64,000 nt of DNA, taken from the NCBI GenBank assembly GCA_963749915.1, contig CAVVOP010000008.1:1-64000 (forward strand), written 5' to 3'. Both the position numbers and the translations under genes were made by a program. The first letter of the stretch is position 1. Every line of letters starts with the position of its first letter. Origin of the DNA: an uncultured cyanobacterium. GTDB lineage: Bacteria > Cyanobacteriota > Cyanobacteriia > Cyanobacteriales > Cyanobacteriaceae. The notes beneath the pieces are model-generated. The model saw nothing but the letters and a program-made list of their open reading frames with translations, had not been told where the DNA came from and ran no database searches. Shown piece by piece: positions 43,912 to 54,026 of the stretch.

Positions 43912-45354
43912 ATGCTGAAAAATTCTTGGACTAAATTTACTATTGCCTTAATCTCTCTTGTTAGTCAAACTTTTGTTAAATTTCCCGTTGCCGCCGTTAA
44001 TAACCCTTACTGTCAATTCGATCAAAACAGCATCGCCGCTAAAGAAAATCTCCGTCAAAAAGCGATCGCAGGTAATCCCACCGCCCAACAAGAATATAAG
44101 CAAATATTACAGCAACACGCGGATTTATTAAGAAATTGTCGTCAAAATAATTGGTTAAAAGAACAAGCTATTTGGGTTAGGCTCTATCCCTGTGATGTTC
44201 AACCAGGATCTATTGATAAAGTATTGGATAATGTCGTTAATTTAGGTTATAACACCATCTATTTAGAGGTTTTTTTCGATAGTCAAGTATTATTACCCAA
44301 AAATGGCAATAACACTCCTTGGCCTAGTGTTGTGGATGTAGCGGGGCAGGAAAATCGAGATTTATACGCTGAAACCTTACAAAAAGGACGAGAAAGGGGT
44401 TTAAAAGTCTATGCTTGGTTATTTTCTCTGAATTTTGGCTATTTATACGCCCAAAGATCCGATCGTCAAAGCGTATTAGCTCGTAACGGCAGAGGCGAAA
44501 CCAGTGTGGATTTTGTTCACGATCGATCTCAAGCCTTTGTTGACCCCTATAACTCCCAGGCTCGTCAAGATTATACTAGCTTATTACAAGCAGTTATACA
44601 ACGTCGTCCTGATGGAGTGTTATTCGATTATATTCGTTATCCTAGAGGTAGTGGAGACCAATCCCTTGTGGGTAAAGTGAAAGATTTATGGATTTATAGT
44701 GATGCTTCCAAACAAACCCTCTTTAGAAGGGCACAAAATCAGCAAGGTAGATGGTTATTAGAAAGATACGTTAATCAAGGTTCGATTAACGCTAAGGATA
44801 TAGCCAAAATGAAAAGTTTATATCCCAATGAAAAAACCCCTCTTTGGCAGGGTAGAAGTGCCTCAGCACCTAGTAACCTATCAGCCCTACAATTAGATAT
44901 CTGGTATTTTACCGTGGCCCATGCCGCACAGGGCGTCATTGACTTTCTCGACTTTGCCTCTAACCAAGTAAAACAAAGAGGAATACTAACAGGAGCAGTA
45001 TTTTTCCCCGACGGGAATCAAGTGGTGGGAGACATCGGTTTTGACTCTCGTTTACAACCTTGGGATAGTTTTTCTCAGGAAATGGAATGGCATCCGATGT
45101 CTTATGCCTTGTGTGGTAATCCTAGCTGTATTGTGGATCAAGTAAAAAGAGTGTTACAACCATCATCTCAAGGAAGTAATGTTAAGCCTGTTTTAGCGGG
45201 GTTTTGGGGTAGGAATGACGGAAAACGCCTCTCCTTGGAATCTCAAATGGAGGCCATTAGAACATCAGCAAAACCAGTACAATCTATTAGTCATTTTGCT
45301 TATTCTTGGCTTTTACCCGAACACACTAGAGAAAGACAACGTTGTAGCTTATAA
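43912..45354 (+). CDS. Glycosyl hydrolase-like 10 (DUF187) exported protein
   Basis: Signal peptide; GLKVYAW and DGVLFDYIRYP. Confidence 0.8.
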   Translation: MLKNSWTKFTIALISLVSQTFVKFPVAAVNNPYCQFDQNSIAAKENLRQKAIAGNPTAQQEYKQILQQHADLLRNCRQNNWLKEQAIWVRLYPCDVQPGSIDKVLDNVVNLGYNTIYLEVFFDSQVLLPKNGNNTPWPSVVDVAGQENRDLYAETLQKGRERGLKVYAWLFSLNFGYLYAQRSDRQSVLARNGRGETSVDFVHDRSQAFVDPYNSQARQDYTSLLQAVIQRRPDGVLFDYIRYPRGSGDQSLVGKVKDLWIYSDASKQTLFRRAQNQQGRWLLERYVNQGSINAKDIAKMKSLYPNEKTPLWQGRSASAPSNLSALQLDIWYFTVAHAAQGVIDFLDFASNQVKQRGILTGAVFFPDGNQVVGDIGFDSRLQPWDSFSQEMEWHPMSYALCGNPSCIVDQVKRVLQPSSQGSNVKPVLAGFWGRNDGKRLSLESQMEAIRTSAKPVQSISHFAYSWLLPEHTRERQRCSL

Positions 45355-45409
45355 TTGGGGTTTGGCGTTTATGATCAATTATATGGGAAAATTAGATAAT
45401 TATAAATTT

Positions 45410-46780
45410 ATGCATACTCCTATCACTTCCGAAAATAGCAATTTTTTAGAAACCAAAGTCAAAGGCTTTGACTTTAAAAATCCTCCGTCACAAAAATTAG
45501 TTGATCAATGTGTGCATTGCGGTTTCTGTTTATCTACCTGCCCCAGTTATCAAGTCCTTGGCAAAGAAATGGACTCCCCAAGAGGTAGAATTTATTTAAT
45601 GGACGCCATCAACAAAGGAGAAGCATCCCTAGACGAAATCACCGCCCCCCATTTTGATAGTTGTTTAGGGTGTTTGGCCTGTGTGACGACTTGCCCATCC
45701 GGAGTCGAATATGATGGATTAATAGCTGCTGTGCGGCCTCAAGTAGAACGAAATCAACCCCGTAACCTTTGGGAAAAATTCCTCCGCAGTATTATTTTTA
45801 ATTTATTTCCCTATCCGGAAAGATTGAGTCTTTTTTTACCCTTATTCTGGTTTTATCAGGTATCGGGATTACAAACCCTTGTCAGAAAAACAGGTATCCT
45901 TAAATTTTTCCCTCGTATCGCTTCGATGGAGTCGATTTTGCCCCGCATTAACCTTAAATCCCTTAACAAAAAATATCCCTATACCATCCCTGCTAAAGGG
46001 GAAAAAAGGTACCGAGTGGGGGTGGTTTTGGGATGTGTGCAAAGATTGTTTTTTGATTCGGTAAATGAGGCCACCGTGAGAGTTTTAACCGCTAATGGTT
46101 GTGAAGTGGTGATTCCTAAAACTCAAGGATGTTGTGCCGCCTTACCGGCCCATCAGGGTCAAGAAAACCAAGCCCAAAACCTCGCCCGTCAAATGATTGA
46201 TAGTTTTGCCGATACCCACGTCGATTACATTATCATCAATGCGGCTGGTTGTGGACATACCCTTAAAGAATATCATCACATTTTAGCTGACCACCAAGCC
46301 TATTTACCGAAAGCTGAAGATTTTGTTCGCAAAGTGAGAGACGTACAGGAATTTCTAGCAGAAGTTGGCTTAAACACCCCATTATCTCCCATTAGCGATC
46401 ATAAAATTAAGGTAGTTTATCAAGATGCTTGTCATTTATTACACGGGCAAAAAATCAGTTTACAACCTCGTCAACTGTTACAACAAATTCCTAACTTGGA
46501 GTTAAAAGAGCCTTTAGATAATGCATTGTGTTGTGGTAGTTCAGGAGTTTACAATTTATTACAGCCTGATATTGCCAATCAATTAGGAGAGCAAAAAGTT
46601 CGTAATTTATTGAATACAGGTGCGGAAATTATCGCTTCTCCTAACCCCGGATGTTCTTTACAAATAGCGAAACATTTGCGGTTACAAGAAAAAGAAATTA
46701 AAATTATTCATCCCATGGAATTATTAGATTATGCCATCAGAGGGAAAAAACTTTTTGATTGTCCCGATAAAATTCGGTGA
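45410..46780 (+). CDS. glcF: Glycolate oxidase Fe-S subunit
   Basis: CVHCGFCLSTCP, CLGCLACVTTCPSGV and two CCG domains; start moved to ATG 45410. Confidence 0.9.
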   Translation: MHTPITSENSNFLETKVKGFDFKNPPSQKLVDQCVHCGFCLSTCPSYQVLGKEMDSPRGRIYLMDAINKGEASLDEITAPHFDSCLGCLACVTTCPSGVEYDGLIAAVRPQVERNQPRNLWEKFLRSIIFNLFPYPERLSLFLPLFWFYQVSGLQTLVRKTGILKFFPRIASMESILPRINLKSLNKKYPYTIPAKGEKRYRVGVVLGCVQRLFFDSVNEATVRVLTANGCEVVIPKTQGCCAALPAHQGQENQAQNLARQMIDSFADTHVDYIIINAAGCGHTLKEYHHILADHQAYLPKAEDFVRKVRDVQEFLAEVGLNTPLSPISDHKIKVVYQDACHLLHGQKISLQPRQLLQQIPNLELKEPLDNALCCGSSGVYNLLQPDIANQLGEQKVRNLLNTGAEIIASPNPGCSLQIAKHLRLQEKEIKIIHPMELLDYAIRGKKLFDCPDKIR

Positions 46781-46835
46781 GGTAAGGACAGGGGACAATA
46801 CTACTCGGTTAAGCTGAAAACTTGATCAAATGAGA

Positions 46836-46864
46836 AGTGTGGGGAGTGTGGGGAGTGTGGGGAG
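46836..46864 (+). repeat. 9-bp tandem repeat (AGTGTGGGG)x3 behind a CAATACTACTCGGTTAAG element end
   Basis: Directly visible in the sequence. Confidence 0.85.
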
Positions 46865-46869
46865 TATGG

Positions 46870-47047
46870 CAATACTGTTCGGTTAAGGAAAAATATGAGT
46901 AAATAGAAGGTTGTCTACAAACTAACTATGCAATCCTCAAAATTTACTCTGATTCCTCCAGAAATTAAACCAGATGAATTATTGCCAGCTCTCGAAACAA
47001 TTATTCCTCCAGATGAGATAAATCAAGCGATCGCCGACACTGATCGC
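46870..47047 (+). mobile_element. Truncated IS4-family element (left end plus transposase N-terminus)
   Basis: End CAATACTGTTCGGTTAAG; ATG 46928 gives MQSSKFTLIPPEIKPDELLPALETIIPPDEINQAIADT. Confidence 0.65.
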
Positions 47048-47123
47048 CCCGTGAGGAGAAAACCGCTGTGATTGGGTAAAGTAGAAAGATTATCAGTCAA
47101 TCAGGGGGTTAAACTATGTAGAT

Positions 47124-47377
47124 CCCACATTCCGCACGTCAATTTGCACTATGTCATGTAATACCTTAACGCCTTGTTTACAAAATATTCTCCAAGTAAT
47201 AAAACAACGAAATTGAGATTAAACAAATATAAATACTGTAAAAATCTGTATATGGCGATGCCAAAGGCACAGCGAAGCTGCTCGCAAAAAACAATAAATA
47301 TATGTATTACCTATAGTAAAGTTGCGTAAAAGTCATTAAAATATGATTGTTTTCTAAAAGAACATGCGGAATGTGGG
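47124..47377 (+). mobile_element. 254-bp IS1634-type MITE, copy 1
   Basis: Terminal inverted repeats CCCACATTCCGCA / TGCGGAATGTGGG; no ORF. Confidence 0.85.
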
Positions 47378-47484
47378 TTTTTATCATTAACAAAAGAATC
47401 GAAAGGTAAATCTTCTGTAAATGTTTCAATAATTAATAATGTTTCTAAAATATCTTCTAAATAATCTTTTAATTCTCTTTTAGT
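47378..47484 (-). pseudogene. DUF86/HepT-like ribonuclease toxin, N-terminal fragment
   Basis: Manual translation TKRELKDYLEDILETLLIIETFTEDLPFDSFVNDK. Confidence 0.65.
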
Positions 47485-48384
47485 GGCGTTGCATCATTGC
47501 GGGATGATATGCAATTATTTAGTATTAAGAAAAAATATTTATTAAAGGCGATCACATGTGGCGCACTGCGTGCGATCGCTAGTAATCTAAAAAAAGTAAA
47601 AATAGTTTTTTAAAATTTAGATTATTAGCGAAATATCATTATTATTTAAGTAATAAATAAGAAGTTTTATTGACAATAAGAGCATTTCTTGACACTTAGA
47701 ATAGCAAAATGTTTTTCTATGTAGTCTTGCCAAATAATGTCTTAGCCTACTATTTTCTCCTTCAACTCTTGTCATGTATGTTTTACTAATAATTTGATCT
47801 CCATCGGGAATAAATGACGGATAAACTTTGTACCCATCTGTTATCCAAAAAAAGCATTTCCAATCTTTTACTTTTTCCCATAATTTTTCAAATGTATTAG
47901 AACTTCTATCTCCTATTTGCCATTCTAAAATTCCTTTTTTAGCTTTATTTACAGCAGTCCATATCCAGATCTTGTTCTTTTTGTTTCCAACAAAAGTTTG
48001 GAGTTCATCTAATTGTCCAACTAAAGGTTTTTCGTATTTATATTTATTATTTAATATCTTTTTTCCTGCTTTTTTTACCCATCTTATTACTGTATTGTGA
48101 TTAACTTTTTTTACCCGCTAAGAGTGCCCTAAACCCACTGCCATTTAAGTACATTTTTAAGCATTCTTCTCTTGTTTGTAAATCATAACCAATATCAGAA
48201 TAAAATTCGACAAATTGACGACCACACTTTTTGCATCTATAGTTTTGTTTTCCTCTCCTTTGACCATTTTTTATAATCTCATTAGCATTACATTTGGGAC
48301 AATTTATTTTCATTTTTATTCGTGGCGATCGCCTTCTTAAAATTTTCGCTTTTATTATAAATCATCCCGCAATGATGCAACGCC
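47485..48384 (-). mobile_element. IS1-family element (900 bp): insA 48313-48101, insB frame ending at 47617
   Basis: Perfect 24-bp inverted repeats GGCGTTGCATCATTGCGGGATGAT; CPKC...CKKCGRQF; LDELQTFVG, TDGYKVY and TRVEGENSRLRHYLARL. Confidence 0.93.
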
Positions 48385-48593
48385 TTAAAACGAGTAGGAT
48401 TGTTTAAGAATATTTCCCCCCAAACCATTGAAACAGCTAAAGCAGTGCTTGTAATGGGAAACAAAAATAAAGCAGCTTTACTAAAAAAACTAGGCAAATA
48501 ATCGATTAAGGGAATTAATAATAAAACTTGACTAAATAATATACCTATTAGTCCTGCTAAAAATCCCAAAAATATATAAAAAAAGTTTCTCAT
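48385..48593 (-). pseudogene. Membrane protein N-terminal fragment (resembles cyanobacterial membrane-anchored FHA proteins), truncated by IS1
   Basis: MRNFFYIFLG...LAVSMVWGEIFLNNPTRFK then reads into the IS1 repeat. Confidence 0.5.
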
Positions 48594-48785
48594 TAAAAAA
48601 CAGAAGAATAATTAACTGGACTTAAAGAAGAATTATGCCTAAATAAAGCCTAAATTCTTTTTATAAGCTACAAATTGATTCGCTGCGCGATCGCAAGAGC
48701 GTCAGAGCAAAGCTCTCAATGCTTCCTCCTCATGGTTATTAAGGTACTGCTGTATTGTATTTAGAGTAGTAATCGAAACATTTAA

Positions 48786-49039
48786 CCCACATTTCGCATG
48801 TTCTTTTAGAAAACAATCATATTTTAATGACTTTTACGCAACTTTACTATAGGTAATACATATATTTATTGTTTTTTGCGGGCAGCTTCGCTGTGCCTTT
48901 GGCATCGCCATATACAGATTTTTACAGTATTTATATTTGTTTAATCTCAATTTCGTTGTTTTATTACTTGGAGAATATTTTGTAAACAAGGCGTTAAGGT
49001 ATTACATGACATAGTGCAAATTGACGTGCGGAATGTGGG
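48786..49039 (-). mobile_element. 254-bp IS1634-type MITE, copy 2 (inverted)
   Basis: Reverse complement of 47124-47377; two substitutions seen by eye. Confidence 0.85.
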
Positions 49040-49345
49040 ATGATAGGTTTTTTCCTCCACCTCTATATACCATTTACAACCTTCTCCTGCTTTATAGTTA
49101 AGCCCTTCTTTAATCAAGATTTCTTTCTTCTGAGGTTTTTGTGGTTGAGATAATGATGGTAAATCTAAGTCTTCGAGTCGGAGGAACTCTCGTTGGTCAT
49201 TATCAAAAGCAACCACAAGAGAATGAGGAGAGGGAATCTGGGTAACAACTCCTTCCAGTCCACCAAAATAATGATTATCTTTTACCTTAACTCGATCGCC
49301 AATGGATAAAGGATTAGTTATTTTCTTCTTTTGATATTGATCTCG
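49040..49345 (-). pseudogene. KOW/SH3-like hypothetical protein fragment
   Basis: LSIGDRVKVKDNHYFGGLEGVVTQIPSPHSLVVAFDNDQRE; cut by the MITE. Confidence 0.5.
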
Positions 49346-49492
49346 AGTTTATTTTACCCCTCCTTTTGAACAATTTTGAAATTAGGGGTTGTGGTAGTAG
49401 GGGAGAAGGGCGGTGGGAGTTGGGAGAGAAGATTTTTTGTTTGAGTTTTTAATCTTCTGTTTGTCCTTCAAAACAAAGTTGTCAGAGTACTA

Positions 49493-49634
49493 TGGCTAAA
49501 GCATTCCATGATAAAATGTTCCCAGTTGATCTCGTAGAGTCATGTACAAATTTCCTTGGGGAAAAGCTTGATGAGCTATTTGTCTGGTCAGAGGTGGAAT
49601 CGGTTTAATGGATTGAGGATGGAGGGAGAACCAT
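49493..49634 (-). pseudogene. IS1182-family transposase N-terminal fragment
   Basis: Joined frames give HPQSIKPIPPLTRQIAHQAFPK-GNLYMTLRDQLGTFY. Confidence 0.65.
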
Positions 49635-49906
49635 AATTTTTTCCTCCTTCTATAATCTTATAATTTGGGGATGGGCTTAATTCTGAGCTTCTTTTTCCCT
49701 TGTTTGATTAATTGCGAAATCTATTCTTATTTTACTATATATACGACTAGAAGCATCAAGGCGATCATCCTCCTCATGACTTTTTCAGCGTTCAACGGAG
49801 TTGCGCCGTAGGCGGAAGCGCAAGTGCTGCTGCAAGCAGTTCGCTATCAACAGTATCAGTAACGAAACTAACACCTAGTCGAACTGGAAGAACCACATTT
49901 TACCCC

Positions 49907-50776
49907 ATGTCAGAAAAACAAGCCGATTTTTTTCATCAATCAGTTTTATCTCAAGAAATTATCGAATATTTAAATATAGTTGATAATAGACATTATTTAG
50001 ATGCAACTTTAGGGGCGGGAGGACACACAAGTCTGATTTTATCTTATAGTGATAGCGTCAAAGTAACGGCGATCGACAGAGATATTCAGGCCGTTAATTT
50101 TGCCCAAGCAAATCTTAAAAGTTATGGTGAGAGAGTTGATTTTTGGCGAGGAAACTTTGCCGATTATCAACCTTTTAATCTTCAATTTGACGGTATTATA
50201 GCTGATTTGGGAGTCAGTTCACCGCAATTAGATCAACCAGAAAGAGGCTTCAGTTTTCTTCGTGAAGGGGACTTAGATATGCGTATGGATACAAGTCAAC
50301 CCCTGACGGCGAAAGAAATAGTTAATCGTTGGCAAGAGAAACCCTTAGCGGATTTAATCTACCTTTATGGAGAAGAAAGATTGTCCCGGCGTATTGCTAA
50401 AACCATCGTGGAAAAACGTCCTTTTTCCACCACTGTCGAATTAGCCGAAGCGATCGCCTTTTGTGTGCCAAATAAGTATCGTTATGGCAAAATACACTCA
50501 GCCACTCGAACTTTTCAGGCGTTAAGAATCAAAGTAAATGAAGAATTAGCCTCTCTGGAAAAATTTTTACAAGTAGCCCCCACATGGTTGAAGCCGGAGG
50601 CAAGAATTGCAGTGATAAGTTTTCACAGTTTAGAGGATCGTATCGTTAAAAATCAATTCCGAGATCATCCTAATCTGAAAATAATCACCAAAAAACCTAT
50701 TGTACCTACTATAGAAGAACAAAGGTTAAATCCTCGATCTCGCTCGGCTAAGTTAAGAGTTGCTTACCGTCAGTAG
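49907..50776 (+). CDS. rsmH: 16S rRNA m4C1402 methyltransferase
   Basis: [35 protein letters not shown] and [10 protein letters not shown]. Confidence 0.97.
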   Translation: MSEKQADFFHQSVLSQEIIEYLNIVDNRHYLDATLGAGGHTSLILSYSDSVKVTAIDRDIQAVNFAQANLKSYGERVDFWRGNFADYQPFNLQFDGIIADLGVSSPQLDQPERGFSFLREGDLDMRMDTSQPLTAKEIVNRWQEKPLADLIYLYGEERLSRRIAKTIVEKRPFSTTVELAEAIAFCVPNKYRYGKIHSATRTFQALRIKVNEELASLEKFLQVAPTWLKPEARIAVISFHSLEDRIVKNQFRDHPNLKIITKKPIVPTIEEQRLNPRSRSAKLRVAYRQ

Positions 50777-51116
50777 TCATCCAATACTGTTCGGGTAAGG
50801 AAATATAATTGTCGGTGAAGTTAAGGCAGAAAGCAGCGGTGCGACCCCGCTGCAGCATTGACAATGACACGAAGTTTTTAATTAACTAATCTTAAAATAA
50901 ATAAAAATTTAGATACGTTTGCCCTGGCTGTTATTTGTATAGTCTGGACTTATGACCATTATTTTGATATTATGATGATTTTGATATTATGGCCATGCCA
51001 GGCGTTGAAAATAGACTACATGAATAAAAAAGGAATAAATTAATTGAACAAGTTAAACAAGGGGAAAAAGAGTATAAATAAAGAGGTTAATTATTAATTA
51101 TTCACTATTGACTACT

Positions 51117-52052
51117 ATGTTAGATTTAAGTACAAAAAGAATTCTTGTTACTGGCGGTTCGGGTTTTTTAGGCAAGCAAGTTGTCGCCGAGTTAATTAAA
51201 GCTGGTGCAGATGCCGATAAAATAACGATACCCCGATCGAAAGACTGTGATTTAACCCTTTGGGAGAATTGTCAAAAAGTCGTAGCCAATCAAGATGTTA
51301 TCATCCATTTAGCCGCCCATGTAGGAGGAATCGGCTTAAATAGAGAAAAACCCGCCGAATTATTCTATGATAATCTGATGATGGGCGCCCAATTAATCCA
51401 TGCTGCCTATCAGGCTGGGGTGAAAAAATTCACCTGTGTGGGCACTATTTGTGCCTATCCTAAGTTTACTCCCGTACCTTTCAAAGAGGAGGATTTATGG
51501 AATGGCTACCCTGAAGAAACTAACGCACCTTATGGCATCGCCAAAAAGGCTTTACTTGTGCAATTACAATCTTATCGCAATCAATACGGCTTTAACGGTA
51601 TTTATCTTTTACCAGTAAACTTGTATGGTCCCGAAGACAATTTCGATCCTCGTAGTTCCCATGTAATTCCTGCTTTAATTCGGAAAGTTCACGAGGCACA
51701 ACAAAGAGGAGATAAAGTTATTCCTGTGTGGGGTGATGGTAGTCCTACCCGTGAGTTTTTATACTCCAACGATGCCGCTAGGGGAATTGTTATGGGTACG
51801 CAACTTTATGATAGTTCAGACCCAGTAAATTTAGGCACTAATTTTGAAATCACCATCAAAGATTTAACGGAATTAATCTGCGGATTGATGGGATTTGAGG
51901 GGGAATTATTATGGGAAACGGACAAACCCAATGGACAACCTCGCCGTTGTTTGGATACTTCTAAGGCTAAAGAGGCTTTTGGTTTTACTGCCAAGATGGA
52001 TTTAAAAGAAGGTTTAAAAAATACGATCAAATGGTATCGAGAAAATAGCTAA
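51117..52052 (+). CDS. fcl: GDP-L-fucose synthase
   Basis: [18 protein letters not shown] and [12 protein letters not shown]. Confidence 0.93.
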   Translation: MLDLSTKRILVTGGSGFLGKQVVAELIKAGADADKITIPRSKDCDLTLWENCQKVVANQDVIIHLAAHVGGIGLNREKPAELFYDNLMMGAQLIHAAYQAGVKKFTCVGTICAYPKFTPVPFKEEDLWNGYPEETNAPYGIAKKALLVQLQSYRNQYGFNGIYLLPVNLYGPEDNFDPRSSHVIPALIRKVHEAQQRGDKVIPVWGDGSPTREFLYSNDAARGIVMGTQLYDSSDPVNLGTNFEITIKDLTELICGLMGFEGELLWETDKPNGQPRRCLDTSKAKEAFGFTAKMDLKEGLKNTIKWYRENS

Positions 52053-52255
52053 CTAATATCAGGGAGGGGGAATAAGGGTAATTTCTCTTTTTTCCCTCTG
52101 ATAATCATAAAAAGAATGAAGAGAAAAGAAGTCTTTTTCTTTGTCTAGAAAATCATGGGAACTAACTTTGAAAGAATCAGAACCATTAAAAGTATTATTT
52201 ATTGGGTAATCGCATTTTTTAGTCTTAATTATAGGTTTTTACACTATCAAAATAT

Positions 52256-53965
52256 ATGGGTAGTTTTAATTTTAGTGTTGTTCGTCGATTTTGGACAATC
52301 GCCAAATTATATTGGTTAGGAAATGAAAAAAAAGGAGCATTTATTCTTCTAGGAATCTTAGGATTATTATTAATTGGTTATACTCAATTAAGTGTCTTAT
52401 TAAATACGGCCCAAGGAGGTTTAATTTCTACTTTAGCCGCCAAGGATGAAGCAAAATTTTGGCAGACTGTCCTGAGATTTTTATTAATTTTAGTGGTTTA
52501 TGTGCCTTTATTTGCTGGTTTTTCTTATACTCAAAGTAAGTTGGGTTTATATTGGCGAAAGTGGTTAAGTGAACACTTTTTAGACAAATATTTTATCAAT
52601 CGTTCTTTTTATCAATTAGCTGTAAAAAATATTGAAATTGATAACCCAGATCAACGAATTTCTGAAGATATTAGAAGTTTTACTCAAGACTCTTTGCTAT
52701 TTTTATTAGTCGTCGTGCAATCGGTTTTACAAGTAGTGGCTTTTAGTGCTGTTTTATGGTCGATTTCCCAAAAATTAGTCATCTTTTTGTTGGTTTATGC
52801 TTTAGTGGGAACTTTAATTACTACAGGAGTTTTCGGCAAAAAATTAGTCACTTTAAACTTTGGACAATTGCAAAAAGAAGCTAACTTTCGTTTCGGTTTG
52901 GTAAGAGTCAGAGAAAACTCGGAATCCATCGCTTTTTATCAAGGAGAAACCCAAGAAAAAAATCACTTAAATAACTTATTTACTGACTTATATAACAACT
53001 TTAATTCTCTTATTATTTGGCAAGAATTATATTTAGGATTATTTGTTAATACTTTTGAATTTTTACCCTATGTTATACCGGCGATTGTAGTTGCCCCTAG
53101 TGTTTTATCGGGGGAATTAGAAGTAGGAAAAGTGAGTGAAGCAACGGGGGCATTTGCTAGGGTATTTTTCTCTTTAAATATTATCGTTAGCAGGTTTCAA
53201 TCTTTAACAATTTTTGCCGCTGGAATTAACCGTTTATCGGGTTTTTATCAATTTTTATCCCCTGAAGAAAAAGTCGATTTATTAACTAAAAATATTCCTC
53301 AAAATCGAACTATTGATACCGTTGAAAACGGTCAATTAGCCATCGAACATTTAACCTTACAAACCCCAAATTATCAAAACACATTAATGGAAGATGTGAG
53401 TTTAAATTTACCTCAAGGTAATGGTTTATTAATTATGGGTACAAGTGGTTGCGGTAAGAGTTCATTATTAAGGGCGATCGCTGGATTGTGGAATTCAGGT
53501 ACAGGGGCAATTTTTCGCCCAGAATTAAACAAAATGCTCTTTTTACCCCAACGCCCTTACATGATTATTGGTACACTAAGAGAACAATTAGTTTATCCTA
53601 GTATCGAAAAAAATCTTACAGAAACAGAATTGCAAAATATCTTGAATATGGTCAATTTACCCCATTTAGCGGAAAAGTTTGGCGGTTTTGAGATCGAAAA
53701 AGATTGGGGTGAGGTGTTATCTTTAGGGGAACAACAAAGGGTTGCTTTTGCTCGCATTTTGATTAATCAACCGCAATATGCCATTCTCGATGAGGCTACC
53801 AGTGCATTAGATGCTGACAACGAAGCGAATTTATATAAACATCTCCTAGAAACAAATACCACTTTCATTAGTGTTGGTCATCGTGAAAGTCTGAGAACTT
53901 ATCACCAATTATTACTGCAAATATCTGATGATAAATCGTGGAAAATATTAAAAATTAACACTTAG
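52256..53965 (+). CDS. ABC transporter fused permease/ATPase (YddA/ABCD type)
   Basis: DNPDQRISED, GTSGCGKSS, LSLGEQQR and LDEATSALD. Confidence 0.92.
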   Translation: MGSFNFSVVRRFWTIAKLYWLGNEKKGAFILLGILGLLLIGYTQLSVLLNTAQGGLISTLAAKDEAKFWQTVLRFLLILVVYVPLFAGFSYTQSKLGLYWRKWLSEHFLDKYFINRSFYQLAVKNIEIDNPDQRISEDIRSFTQDSLLFLLVVVQSVLQVVAFSAVLWSISQKLVIFLLVYALVGTLITTGVFGKKLVTLNFGQLQKEANFRFGLVRVRENSESIAFYQGETQEKNHLNNLFTDLYNNFNSLIIWQELYLGLFVNTFEFLPYVIPAIVVAPSVLSGELEVGKVSEATGAFARVFFSLNIIVSRFQSLTIFAAGINRLSGFYQFLSPEEKVDLLTKNIPQNRTIDTVENGQLAIEHLTLQTPNYQNTLMEDVSLNLPQGNGLLIMGTSGCGKSSLLRAIAGLWNSGTGAIFRPELNKMLFLPQRPYMIIGTLREQLVYPSIEKNLTETELQNILNMVNLPHLAEKFGGFEIEKDWGEVLSLGEQQRVAFARILINQPQYAILDEATSALDADNEANLYKHLLETNTTFISVGHRESLRTYHQLLLQISDDKSWKILKINT

Positions 53966-54026
53966 AAACTATTAATAACATCATATTATTAGATAATAAA
54001 AAGGAACCCAATATTGATAATTTTCT

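Noticed and set aside
45215..45409. N-terminal extension of glcF overlapping the upstream gene
   Set aside because: No recognisable similarity and it overlaps the GHL10 gene; ATG 45410 is more plausible.
46836..46869. G-quadruplex regulatory element
   Set aside because: Only three G4 tracts; better explained as a cyanobacterial short tandem repeat inside an element remnant.
48947..49216. 89-aa ORF as a real protein
   Set aside because: Chimera: a KOW-like fragment reading into MITE copy 2 (PTFRTSIC...).
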